The position numbers were made by a program, and so were the translations under genes. The notes under the pieces were generated by a model. The model had not been told where the DNA came from, made no database searches, and saw only the letters and a list, made by a program, of their open reading frames with translations. Positions 29,170-39,571 of a DNA stretch of 64,000 nucleotides are shown piece by piece. Every line of letters begins with the position of its first letter. The stretch's first letter is position 1. The stretch is taken from positions 512,001 to 576,000 of the forward strand of contig OZ243961.1 of assembly GCA_965214605.1 (NCBI GenBank). Reading direction: 5' to 3'. The stretch is from an uncultured Candidatus Binatia bacterium. Lineage in GTDB: Bacteria > Desulfobacterota > Binatia > Bin18.

Positions 29170-30310
29170 TGCCGAACTCACGCAGCACTTCCTGGGTATG
29201 CTCCCCCTTGAGGCCGCCGGGTCGAACCGGGCCAGCCGGGGTGTGGCTGAATTTCCACGGGACTCCATCAACACTAAGCCTACCCCAGTGGGGGCTGTCC
29301 ATCTCAACGATGTGCTCGTTTTGCAGGACCTGAGGATGATAACGGAGCGCCTCGAAATCCTGAAGTCGGCTGTGTGGAACCTGCTCCTTGGTCAGCCGAA
29401 TCATCCACCAGGCGACCGGTTTGGTCTGGAAACGCGCTTCAAGAATGGGGACCAACTCCTGCCTATGCTCGACTCGCTTGGGGTTTGTGATAAAACGCGG
29501 ATCATCAATCAGCTCCTCGGCCTTGACCGCCCGGCAGAAACGCGGCCACTGATCCTCACTGACTACCCCGACCGCAATATACTTCTGATCCTCGCACATA
29601 AAAGCCTGGTGCGGGACGGTCGTTGTCACCGCGCTGCCCATCGGTTTGGGTTGTTGCTTGGTGGCAAAGTATTCGGCCAGGCGGCTGGTTTGGAGCGACA
29701 ACGCTGCCGAGACCATCTCAATTTCAATATTCTGTCCCCGGCCCCTCTTCTCCCGGGCCAACAAGGCTTGCAGCACCGCCTCAACAATCATCGAACTGGT
29801 ATTGATATCCAAATGAGCAAAGTGGCGGAACATCTCGCCCTGTGAGCCGGATTGACCGGTGACGCTACACCAGCCGGAAAAGGCCTGTACGGTGGGGTCA
29901 ACTCCGGCTTCTCTTGCCATCGGTCCGGTTCTGCCGTAGGCCGAAGCCGAGACATAAATCAGCTTGGGATTGATCTGCGAGACCACATCGTAGCCGAGGC
30001 CGAGGCGCTCGACCGCTCCGGGGCGCATATTCTGGATGAAGACGTCGCTCTTTTCAATGATTTTTAGCGCAATCGCCCGGTCGGCCTCCTGCTTGAGGTC
30101 GAGCACGATGTGGCGTTTGTTGAAATTGGCCGAGATGTACAGGACCGCCGAACCCTTGATCGGCGGGGGAATATAGTGCGAGAGTTCTCCGTCCGGCGCT
30201 TCGACCTTGATGACATCGGCGCCCAGTTCGCCCAACAGCTTGGCCGCCCACGGACCAACCGCCGCAATGCTCAGATCAAAGATACGAATGCCCTCAAGAA
30301 TACCCGGCAT
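29159..30310 (-). CDS. Class III CoA transferase
   Basis: [30 protein letters not shown]. Confidence 0.92.
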   Translation of the reverse strand: MPGILEGIRIFDLSIAAVGPWAAKLLGELGADVIKVEAPDGELSHYIPPPIKGSAVLYISANFNKRHIVLDLKQEADRAIALKIIEKSDVFIQNMRPGAVERLGLGYDVVSQINPKLIYVSASAYGRTGPMAREAGVDPTVQAFSGWCSVTGQSGSQGEMFRHFAHLDINTSSMIVEAVLQALLAREKRGRGQNIEIEMVSAALSLQTSRLAEYFATKQQPKPMGSAVTTTVPHQAFMCEDQKYIAVGVVSEDQWPRFCRAVKAEELIDDPRFITNPKRVEHRQELVPILEARFQTKPVAWWMIRLTKEQVPHSRLQDFEALRYHPQVLQNEHIVEMDSPHWGRLSVDGVPWKFSHTPAGPVRPGGLKGEHTQEVLREFGIED

Positions 30311-30336
30311 ATTTCCTCCGTATCGACCGCCCCTTT

Positions 30337-30750
30337 TTACGTCTTGAGCGGTTTAAACTTGGCCAACGTGATCTCATCGGTCACATCGTCAAAGCGAATT
30401 TCGACCGGCATCCCGATCCGAATATCGACGTTGTCCACCTCAACCAGATTGGTCAGGAGACGTGGGCCTTCTTCCAGCTCGACCTCGGCAACGTTATACG
30501 GAATATCGTCTTTAAACGACGAAAAATAGGCCTGATGAAACACCACCCAGGAATTGACTCTGCCACGGCCGCTCAACGGTTGCCATGCAAAACTCCACGA
30601 CCAGCACGCGGGACAGAACGGGGTCGGCGGGTACCAGGTTTTGCCACAGGCGTTGCATTTCGGTAAGACAAACCGATGTTGCTTGAGGCCCTCCCAGTAT
30701 GGTCGATTGAGCGAAGAGACCGCTGGCATCGGTTTGGTGTATTCGGCCAT
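30337..30750 (-). CDS. DUF35 Zn-ribbon/OB-fold protein
   Basis: CNAC and CPAC, PYNVAEVELEEGPRLLTN. Confidence 0.92.
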   Translation of the reverse strand: MAEYTKPMPAVSSLNRPYWEGLKQHRFVLPKCNACGKTWYPPTPFCPACWSWSFAWQPLSGRGRVNSWVVFHQAYFSSFKDDIPYNVAEVELEEGPRLLTNLVEVDNVDIRIGMPVEIRFDDVTDEITLAKFKPLKT

Positions 30751-30752
30751 GT

Positions 30753-31928
30753 TTACCTCCGGTAAATCAGCGAGTCACCATAGGCATTCGCCCACTGGGC
30801 AATCTCGGCATTCGGCACCTGTCGTGGTCCACATTCACCCCGTAACTGGCGTACCAGCTCGACCTGATGATTCCAGCCCATAATGTGTCCCTCAGACATC
30901 AGCCCACCATTGGTATTCATCGGCAGCTCACCGCCCACCTCAATCCGCCCACCCTGGGTAAACGCCGCCGCTTCCCCCTGACCGCAAAACCCGAACCGTT
31001 CCAGCGCGGTCCAGGCTAAAATGGCAAAGGCATCATAGGTAAACAACACGTCAACGTCCTGGGCCGAGACACCGGCCGTCTCGTATACCGGCTGGACGCC
31101 CGGCTGGTAGTCGAACACGTCCTGCTGTGAGGTCCCAAACCCGGGATAGGTCCAGATGAATTCGTGCCGCCCGGCGGGTAAGCCCTGCATCCCGCTGATA
31201 TAGACCGGGGGCTTTTTCATATCCTGGGCGCGTTCGGCGCTGGTCACAATCACGCACGCCGCCCCATCGTTAATCAGGCAGTAATCGAACAGGTGTAAAG
31301 GCTCACACACAAAGCGTGAGTTTTGATGATCGTCAACCGTGATCGGCTCGCGCATCATCGCCGCCGGATTGAGCGAGGCGTGTTTACGAAAGGCGACCGC
31401 CACAGCGGCCAGATCCCGACTCGTCGCCCCAAACCGATCAAAATATTTGCGGGCCACAAGCGCGGCCCCGGCTCCCGGCGAGGTCATGCCAAAGACCGGG
31501 TCTTCGCCGTGCCCACCGCCAGCCTCACGGCCGCCCTCGGCGTCCCCCGTCCCGCCCATCATTGGCCGACGAAAACCCGAGAAACTAAGAGACGCCAAAC
31601 ACGCCACCGTCTGTACCAAACCGGCGCTGACCATCATTGCTGCCCACTGAATACAGCTGGCGGTAAAACGGCCGTGCGCCCAGGTTTGGTTATAGGCCCG
31701 AAGCTTGAGGCCCAAGGCGTAGGCCAAGGTATCGGCGTCGGCCCCGACCGGCGTGCCAAAGCTGACAATCAGGCCGTCCAAATCGTCGCGCCCCAGCCCA
31801 GCATCATCAAGCGCGTTGCGAATCGCCTCGCCGGCCAGATCAATCTGACTGCGATTGAGACGCCGACCGTAGGGCGAGTGTCCCACACCGCACACCGCGG
31901 CTTTATCTTTCAAATCCCAGTCGGGCAT
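30753..31928 (-). CDS. Thiolase-fold protein (SCP2/Ltp2-like) without the N-terminal nucleophile Cys
   Basis: AVCGVG, DYCLINDGA, YDAF, NTNGGLMSEGH. Confidence 0.88.
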   Translation of the reverse strand: MPDWDLKDKAAVCGVGHSPYGRRLNRSQIDLAGEAIRNALDDAGLGRDDLDGLIVSFGTPVGADADTLAYALGLKLRAYNQTWAHGRFTASCIQWAAMMVSAGLVQTVACLASLSFSGFRRPMMGGTGDAEGGREAGGGHGEDPVFGMTSPGAGAALVARKYFDRFGATSRDLAAVAVAFRKHASLNPAAMMREPITVDDHQNSRFVCEPLHLFDYCLINDGAACVIVTSAERAQDMKKPPVYISGMQGLPAGRHEFIWTYPGFGTSQQDVFDYQPGVQPVYETAGVSAQDVDVLFTYDAFAILAWTALERFGFCGQGEAAAFTQGGRIEVGGELPMNTNGGLMSEGHIMGWNHQVELVRQLRGECGPRQVPNAEIAQWANAYGDSLIYRR

Positions 31929-32670
31929 CAGCAGCCCTCCTTCGTTTGACAAGGTAGGATACAAGCGCTGGAGGTGTCAACAGGAAGGGCTTAGCAAAGA
32001 ACAATCGGATTCGACTCAATCTGCTGCGGCCTTTGCGTCGCAAAAGCCGAGTCAGAGCGGTTCATCGGCTCGGGCAGCTTGCGGGCGAGTCAGCGTGGAA
32101 CTTTGTGACGGAGCCCCGAACAGCCCAGAGCACCTCTGGAGCGCCCCTCAAGGAAAGCTCGTGGACGACGTATCGGACCAAAGCCCGGGCCCACGCCAAA
32201 CAGAGAGTCAGGAATACAGGCCAGCCCCAGCTTGATCGTTTCACCAGACAGAGTTCGGAAGACGCGGACAGGCCGCACATATGGTCGATTTGCCGCCGGA
32301 CCTGCTAGGAGCGTCTGGCCGACGATAGCGCGCGGCGTTCCCGAGCAGCTGTTCTTGATGTTCGACAGCCGGAGGAGCCCGCCACTCTCGGGAAATATCG
32401 GTCGCTCAGCTGGCCGTTCTGCCCCTACCTCCCATACACAGTCCAAAAAGCCAATCATACCCACGCTCCACCTACACATTTCTGCCCCTTGCTCCCAAGA
32501 CTGTCCGCCTCGAATCCTAAGAGCCTCTCGACTCAGCACACCACACGCCCAGAGGCTATCAAAAAAGGGGGCGACTACGAGAGTAAAGACCATAACCGAC
32601 ATAGCCTGTATGAAACGCATGTGGCACAATACGGGTATCGCTCTCGCAGAAAGGACGGCTGGCTGGACAA

Positions 32671-33035
32671 ACGGCCCCCCTGTTTTTGGCCTTGGCGTTT
32701 TCCGCCACCACCGTCAGCGAGGCACCCTTCCCTAGCATGCCGGGTCTGAACTACGCCCGAGGGTTGAGCACCCTGCGGGGCATTGTTCTGGGGTTGGCCG
32801 GTCTGTGTTGAGGCATGTTGCTGAGCAGACGCCTGATGACGCAATCCGGACACCCGTTCGGCAAGCGATCTATACCCGAGTATCTAGACGACTGCTATCA
32901 ATCCGAAGGCATTCGCGTGCTGCTAAATTTTCCCTGCTCTTGTGTTTCTATCTGGCCGGAAAGCTGACATCTAGGCTGGTCGTCTTCGGCATTCTGCCGG
33001 GTTTGCCGCCGCTCTGGGCACTGGTATTGCCACGA
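32671..33035 (+). pseudogene. Decayed paralogous fragment of the downstream sodium:solute symporter
   Basis: Colinear similarity to 34968-35336 (e.g. GGCATTCGCGTGCTG, TATCTGGCCGG) with indels. Confidence 0.8.
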
Positions 33036-33112
33036 TCTACTATTCGTTTTCCTGGCTGTAGACCGTCAACGCTTCCGTGTAGCGAAAATCCAACATTTCG
33101 GTCGAAAAAATA

Positions 33113-33654
33113 GGCGTTGTTTCAATAGGTGACAGAATAGCAAGTTAAGGGCTGAACTTTTATCCATTTTCGGCTATCCTCCTTCTTAGTTGAAGGGGGA
33201 TAAGCCATGAATTTGATTGAGGTTTTTCAGATGTTCCCCACACAAGAAGCCTACATTGCTCACTTAGAATCTATCCGTTGGGGTGACACTCCAGGCTGCC
33301 CCTTTTGCCACGGTGAAAAGGTCGCAAGAAAGGCAGAAAAGGGGCGTATCGGACGCTGGAACTGCCATAGCTGCCACAACAGCTACAACGTGCTCTCCGG
33401 GACCATCTTCGAGAAAACCCGTGTCCGCTCCAAAAATGGTTCCTGGTCATTGCCTTGACCCTCAACGCCAAGAAAAGCCTGAGCAGCTATCAACTGGCAC
33501 GGGACATTCAGACCACGCACCAAACCGCGCTGTACATGCAGCATCGTATTCGAGCGGCGATGGCGGACAATGACAGGGTGTTGCAAGGCATCATCGAAGC
33601 GGATGAGACCTAAAACCGAACAAGCCCAGACGCGGCACCAAGAAAACCGCCGTT
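33113..33654 (+). mobile_element. Truncated, frameshifted IS1595-family element
   Basis: GGCGTTG candidate left end; Zn ribbon CPFC..CHSC, GTIFEKTR, then KWF..SSYQLAR..IEADET* and RGTKKTAV in shifted frames. Confidence 0.85.
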
Positions 33655-34576
33655 ACCGCGATCACGCAGGTCTACCGCCTGCTGAAGCACGCCGGCGCCC
33701 GCCGCATCCTCTTTCTCGTCGATACCCGGAACCTGGGCGAGCAGGCCGAACAGGAGTTCATGGCCTTCATCCCCAACGACGATAACCGCAAGTTCACGGA
33801 ACTCTACAACGTCCAGCGGCTCACGTCGCCGCCGACAGCCAGATCGTCATCTCCACCATCCAGCGCATGTACGCCACCCTGAAGGGCGAGGAACTGGCCG
33901 GGAGGAGGAACATCCCGAGGAACGGACATGGAGACACAAGGAGCCGCTTCCTGTCGTCTACAACCCCAACCTACCGCCGGAGAGTTTCGATGCGGTCGTC
34001 ATCGACGAGTGCCACCGGTCGATCTACAACTTCTGGCGCCAGGTGATCGAGTACTTCGACGCCTACCTGATCGGGCTCACCGCGACGCCGGACAACCGAA
34101 CCTACGGGTTCTTCCAGAAGAACGTCGTCAGCGAGTACAGCCACGAGCGGGCGGTCGCCGACAAGGTCAACGTCGGCAACGAGATCTACCTCATCAATAC
34201 CCGGATCACCCAGGGCGGCGAAACGCTGAGAACCGAGCAGCTTGTCGAGAAGCGCGAGCGTGAAACCCGTACCCGCCGCTGGGAAGTGCAGGACGAACAG
34301 GAGGAGTACACGGCTTCCCAGCTCGACCGCTCGGTCGTTAACCTCGACCAAATCCGGACCGTCGTCCGCACGTTCCGGGACAGGTGGCCGGAGATTTTTC
34401 CCGGGCGTGACGAACTGCCCAAGACCCTGGTCTTCGCCAAGACCGACAGCCACGCCGACGACATCGTTCAGACCGTCCGGCAGGAATTGGGCGAGGGCAA
34501 CGAGTTCTGCCGCAAGATCACCACTGCCGCCAAGAACCCGAAATCCTCCCTCGCGGCCTTTCGCAACGACCACTAC
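33655..34576 (+). pseudogene. hsdR: Internal fragment of type I restriction subunit R (EcoEI-like)
   Basis: RILFLVDTRNLGEQA, ISTIQRMY, IDECHRSIY, GLTATP, PKTLVFAKTDSHA; frameshifts, both ends missing. Confidence 0.85.
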
Positions 34577-34843
34577 TGGAGTAGCGTCGGGACGAAAGGG
34601 GCGGGGGTGAGTTTCCGCCCCTCCGAATGCCTCAGAAACGCGAAGCAGAGTTTCCTGTCCCTCAAGACTCTTTCCTCAAGGCTCTAAGGAGACGCTGAGG
34701 GATTTCATGAACCAGAGGCGAGCCTGCGACCTACACCTTTTGCGACACCTGTGATACATCAAGCTGTCCGGCAGGACAGCTGCTCGTCACTACCACGGAT
34801 CAGAAAGGAATGTCGGCCAGGCAACAGGTCGGACTCCACACAC

Positions 34844-36421
34844 ATGACACTTATCGCTTGGTCATGGCTCTTCTTAGCCGTCTACATTGGCGGCATGTTG
34901 ACCATCGGCATTTTTGCCCAGCGGCGGGTCAAACATGCCGATGACTTTGCCACGGCGCGCAATTCATACGGGCCTTTGTTTCTGGCCCTCGCCTTTGCGG
35001 CCACGACCGCGAGCGGCGCAACCTTTATGGGCCTGCCGGGCCTGAGCTACGAGTGGGGATTCCCGACCATCTGGGGAGTGTTCCTGTATCCAACCGGCGT
35101 CTATTTGGGCGTGTTGATCGCCATGCGCTTGGTTACCGTCTCCGGACATCGGTTCGGCAATCGTTCCATCCCCGAATACCTCGGCGATCGCTACCAATCC
35201 GACGGCATTCGCGTGCTGGTCTCTGTATTTTCGCTGTTGTTGTGTTTTTATCTGGCCGGGCAACTCGTGTCCGGCCTGGTCATGTTTGAGATTCTGCTGG
35301 GCTTGTCCCCGGTCTGGGCCCTGGTCATTACCACGACAGTCTTGTTGATCTACGTCGTGCTGGGCGGAGCGCACGCCGACATCCTCACCGACGGGGTTCA
35401 GGGCTGCATGATGCTGCTTGTCGCTGCAGTGGTGATCACCTTGTTCCTGACCGGTTTCGGCTTGGGCACGGGCGAGACGGACCGCGGGAGCTTAGTGGGT
35501 CTGGTTGATAATCTGGGTGCCCAGGATGCCAGCTTAGTCGGCCTGTTCAACGTCGACACCCCTCTCTATCACTCCTGGTGGTCGGTTTTTGCCATCCTGA
35601 TCTCGCACATCCCGCTCGGTTTGCTCCCCCACCTAGGTAACAAGCTCTGGGCCTTAAAGAATACGCGGCACCAGAAATCGTTTGTCGGCCTCGCGTTTTC
35701 GTTTGGGCTGACGCTGAGCATGCTCGGCCTGGCCGGCCTGTTGGCACGCGCGCTGTTGGGCGACGCCCTGTATGCCGAAGGGGCAAACCCGAATCAGGCT
35801 CTGCCGCTGCTGTTCATTGAGCTGTTTCCGGTCTGGCTGGCAGCGCTTGTGGGCGTCGGCATCCTCGCCGCCATCATGTCCACTGCGGACGGGCTGGTTA
35901 TCTCCTCCTCCCAAATTATCGCCAACGATCTCTACCGCCGCACCGTGGTGCCTCGCCTGAAACGGCCGCCAAGCGCCGCCCAGCTCGATCACATAGTTCT
36001 CCACATCAGCCGGGTGTCAACCGTGGTCGTCCTACTGCTGTGTACGACCTTGGCCTGGGCTTTGATCGAGACCAACATCGCATTGATTATCTGGATTGGA
36101 AACGGAGGGCTGATGGCGGCATTTGCCGGCCCGTTGGTGGTCGGGGCGCTGTGGCGCGGCGTCACCCGGACAGGAGCCTACGCCGGCTTGGTCAGCGGTT
36201 TCATCACCTTTTTCATTCTGCACACCCAACTGCTTGATCCTACCTGGTTCCCGCCTGGCCCCCTGCGCATCAGCGTCACCTGGTTGTACGTCGAAGGTCC
36301 CAGCCCGTTTTCGTGCGCAGCACTCGGCGAACTCGTCTCGGTTGTGTGTACTCTCGCCGTCTCCAAAGCGACCCGGCCGCTGCCCGAAACACACGTTCGG
36401 GCGCTGTTTGAGAGGGGGTAG
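34844..36421 (+). CDS. Sodium:solute symporter family protein
   Basis: ATTASGATFMGLPG, ILTDGVQG, AAIMSTADG, ANDLY; many TM helices. Confidence 0.92.
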   Translation: MTLIAWSWLFLAVYIGGMLTIGIFAQRRVKHADDFATARNSYGPLFLALAFAATTASGATFMGLPGLSYEWGFPTIWGVFLYPTGVYLGVLIAMRLVTVSGHRFGNRSIPEYLGDRYQSDGIRVLVSVFSLLLCFYLAGQLVSGLVMFEILLGLSPVWALVITTTVLLIYVVLGGAHADILTDGVQGCMMLLVAAVVITLFLTGFGLGTGETDRGSLVGLVDNLGAQDASLVGLFNVDTPLYHSWWSVFAILISHIPLGLLPHLGNKLWALKNTRHQKSFVGLAFSFGLTLSMLGLAGLLARALLGDALYAEGANPNQALPLLFIELFPVWLAALVGVGILAAIMSTADGLVISSSQIIANDLYRRTVVPRLKRPPSAAQLDHIVLHISRVSTVVVLLLCTTLAWALIETNIALIIWIGNGGLMAAFAGPLVVGALWRGVTRTGAYAGLVSGFITFFILHTQLLDPTWFPPGPLRISVTWLYVEGPSPFSCAALGELVSVVCTLAVSKATRPLPETHVRALFERG

Positions 36422-36954
36422 ACCGAAGGTAGTGTGCCGCCTGCCTTATCGCTCTTTCGCAGAAGAAATACAGGGGAATCTTCTACAGATCGGCGCATCC
36501 TTGGCCCTCGGCGTCCATACCCCTGCACCGCTTTCGAAGGCGACGGTGGTATCGCCAAATCGAAATATCGTCCAGCTGTGGTCATGGGTCATAACGAAAG
36601 AGTTCAGCAGGTGTGACCTGTCCAGGAGCAATGAGGTGAGCTGGCCACAGCCAAGACTCCAGGCCGGGCACCACCCACTTTGGACCCCCTTGAGGGTGCA
36701 AGATCATGTTGGCTGATTCTGAGTTTTGCCAGATCTTGAAAAACATCTGGCAACTCCTCGGTGCCACGATACTGCGGCCGCGTTGAAGTAAGTGAGCAAG
36801 TCGCGCGAAGCGCTTCCCACTATCCGACGAGGACAAGCTGGGCTTGCAAAAATTTGACAGTCAAGCGTCCTGGAGGAAAATAAAAGACTCTGCTAGCATG
36901 CAGCCGAGAGCATGGGCAGCAGGCTGAGGTACGCTGGCACACAGGGGGACTACC

Positions 36955-37599
36955 ATGATTAAATTATACGGCACAGCGCTGAGCAATTATTTCAGTACGG
37001 CCAAAGTGGCTTTTGTGGAAAAAAACGTTCCGTTTGAGGAAATCTCGATTATGCCCAGTCAGGAGCCCGAGGTGCTGGCGGTTAGCCCGCTGGGGAAGGT
37101 GCCATATATTGAGGTCGATGGCGCGACTCTGAGCGAGACAAACGTTATCTTCGATTATCTTGAAGATATTCAGCCCCAACCTGCGCTATATCCCAGCGAC
37201 CCCTGGGCCAAGGCCAAGACCAAAGAAATCATACGCGTGGTGGAACTGTATCTTGATGCGCCGGCGCGGCGCCATCTGCCAAGCGTGTATTTGGGTGCGC
37301 CGGTCAATCAAACCGCCTATAACGAAGTCCGGCCGGACCTAGAGAAGGGCCTGCGGGCGCTCAAGCAGTTGGCGCGATTCGATCCCTATATCGCTGGTAA
37401 TACGTTTACCTTTGCCGATATTGCTACCTATTTTCAGCTGCGTTTTACCAATCTGCACACCACAAAAATCTATAGCTGGAACATCAGCGATGCGCTGCCC
37501 GGCCTTGGCGCATACCTAGACATGCTCGGCCAGCGCCCGTCGGTCAAGGCCGTGGACTCGGTCATGCAGAAAGCTCTGGCCGCCTTCCTGCCCGAGTAA
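36955..37599 (+). CDS. Glutathione S-transferase family protein
   Basis: SNY, SPLGKVPY, LSET, FTFAD. Confidence 0.9.
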   Translation: MIKLYGTALSNYFSTAKVAFVEKNVPFEEISIMPSQEPEVLAVSPLGKVPYIEVDGATLSETNVIFDYLEDIQPQPALYPSDPWAKAKTKEIIRVVELYLDAPARRHLPSVYLGAPVNQTAYNEVRPDLEKGLRALKQLARFDPYIAGNTFTFADIATYFQLRFTNLHTTKIYSWNISDALPGLGAYLDMLGQRPSVKAVDSVMQKALAAFLPE

Positions 37600-37655
37600 A
37601 GCCTGAAACATCTCCTGCGTTCTTTAAGAAACGCGCATTGAACCGGCTCTTCTTA

Positions 37656-37807
37656 GGTGGAGCGTAGAGGCGGTATGGATTGATACACGCCTCTTTCTCT
37701 TATGTGGCTAGCATGCGGCCAACTGAGGAATGGCGGCCTCTGCCACGGAGAAGAAAGGGGATCAACCGTACGCTCTACGCTTTCGACCCGTGCCACCCCG
37801 CAAGGGG
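37656..37807. repeat. Long imperfect inverted repeat (REPIN-like element or structured RNA)
   Basis: AGCGTAGAG/CTCTACGCT plus four nested stems; CCCC-GCAA-GGGG hairpin follows. Confidence 0.55.
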
Positions 37808-38311
37808 CAATGGGCGAGCCCGAACCCCTCTAGTAAGGAACAAGTTTGACTGGATAGAAACTCGACCAAAATTCCCTCCAGATAGGCTTCTGTCCACGTC
37901 CCAACATCTGTAGGCATCGCAAGAATCACAGCCGTGCCCTATGACATTGGCTTCAAGGCGGCGGCCTGAATCGCTCCTTCAAATAAGGACGCCGAACCAA
38001 GACCCGACGCAATTGCCGTGGTCTAGCCGGCGCTGCGCGGACGGTAGACTGCCAGGCCGGCAATGCTGAGTCAGCGACGGTATCAACGGGAAACGACCGA
38101 TTGGTAGAGACCTCCCCCTCCGGCGAGGACGTTCCTTCGGCCCGCGCGCTACTAGCTTGAACCTCCAGAGCCGATACGACATGGATATGGTGGCAGATAT
38201 AATCGAGGCCGGGTCACCCGAGAGGGGCGGCCCTTCGGAAGGTCGCCTAGCCAAGACATGGCGCACTTGGTATGGTTTGGGGTGACACCGCATGCTTTAA
38301 GGAGGCTCGCC

Positions 38312-39559
38312 ATGAAGGTATCCATGTTTCACCTCATGCCCTACCGGGACCTGCCGGATGATTTTGAACAACGCTATCATTCCGTCTGGGTTGACCCGCC
38401 CTGGACCGAGCTGGGGGACGCCGAAAAAGTCGGCCAATACTACAACTGGACGCTGGATGAGCTCACTTATGCGGCAAAAGCCGGCATGGATGGAGTGTGT
38501 GTGAACGAGCATCATCAGAATGCCTACGGCTTTATGCCAAACCCCAACCTGATGGGCTCAATCCTGGCCCGAGCCACCAACGGGACGGACGTCGCGGTGG
38601 TGCAAATGGGCTCCACCCTGCCGACGACCAACCCACCCACCCGCGTGGCGGAGGAATACGGCATGCTGGATACCATCAGCGGCGGCCGCTTAGTGGCGGG
38701 CATGCCGCTGGGAACAGCCATGGACGCTACGCTGTGTGCGGGGATCACCCCGATTGAACAACGCGAGCGCTATTACGAAGCCCATGACCTGATCCTCAAG
38801 GCCTGGACCGCCCAAGACATCTTTGCCTGGAACGGCAAATACTATCAGCTGCCTATGGTCAACGTCTGGCCCCGGCCTATCCAGCAGCCCCATCCGCCTG
38901 TCTGGGTACCAGGACTAGGCAGTCTCAGCACCTGGGAATTTGCCGCCCAGCACAACCACTGCTACTGCTTTTTAAGCTATTACGGCCCCAAGGCCGGCAG
39001 AAGCGTAATGGACGGGTTTTGGCAGTTCATCAATGAACGCGGTATTGAACCAAATCCGTTCCGGGCTGGCTTTCTACAACTCGTGGCTGTAGCGGAAACT
39101 GACGCCAAAGCCGAAGAGCTCTATGAAAAACATATGCAGTACTTCTATAACAAATCTCTGCATATCCCGCCTGAATTCTTCTTCCCACCCGGCCACCAGG
39201 ATTACCGCAGTTTAGCAAACAATGTTCGCAAGGGCATCTTCAAGAGCTATTTTGATAAGCTCAATGACATTCCCAACTGGAAGTTCAGAGACTTTGTCGA
39301 TGAGGGCTTTGTGATGGCTGGCAGTCCCTCAACTGTCCGTGATCTCCTCACCGATGCCATTAAAAAACTGCGCGTCGGCAACCTGATGGTGTTGTTGCAC
39401 ATTGGCTCAATGCCACACGAACTGACCCTCAAGAACATTGACATGTTCACCCGCGAAGTCATGCCCTACATCCATGACACCTGGGACGACGAGTGGGAGA
39501 ATCATTGGTGGCCGGAGAAGCTGCGGGCCAAACGCCAGACCACGCTGGCTGCACTGTAA
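38312..39559 (+). CDS. LLM-class flavin-dependent monooxygenase
   Basis: NEHHQ, RVAEEYGMLDTISGGRL, WPRPIQQPHPP; AAGGAGG RBS. Confidence 0.92.
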   Translation: MKVSMFHLMPYRDLPDDFEQRYHSVWVDPPWTELGDAEKVGQYYNWTLDELTYAAKAGMDGVCVNEHHQNAYGFMPNPNLMGSILARATNGTDVAVVQMGSTLPTTNPPTRVAEEYGMLDTISGGRLVAGMPLGTAMDATLCAGITPIEQRERYYEAHDLILKAWTAQDIFAWNGKYYQLPMVNVWPRPIQQPHPPVWVPGLGSLSTWEFAAQHNHCYCFLSYYGPKAGRSVMDGFWQFINERGIEPNPFRAGFLQLVAVAETDAKAEELYEKHMQYFYNKSLHIPPEFFFPPGHQDYRSLANNVRKGIFKSYFDKLNDIPNWKFRDFVDEGFVMAGSPSTVRDLLTDAIKKLRVGNLMVLLHIGSMPHELTLKNIDMFTREVMPYIHDTWDDEWENHWWPEKLRAKRQTTLAAL

Positions 39560-39571
39560 GGAGGCGGATAC

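Noticed and set aside
29146-29307. Programmed frameshift fusing the two CoA transferases
   Set aside because: No slippery sequence; an in-frame TTG at 29169 gives an ordinary coupled start
32033-32670. Overlapping short ORFs upstream of the thiolase-like gene
   Set aside because: No RBS, motif or coding bias that I could recognise
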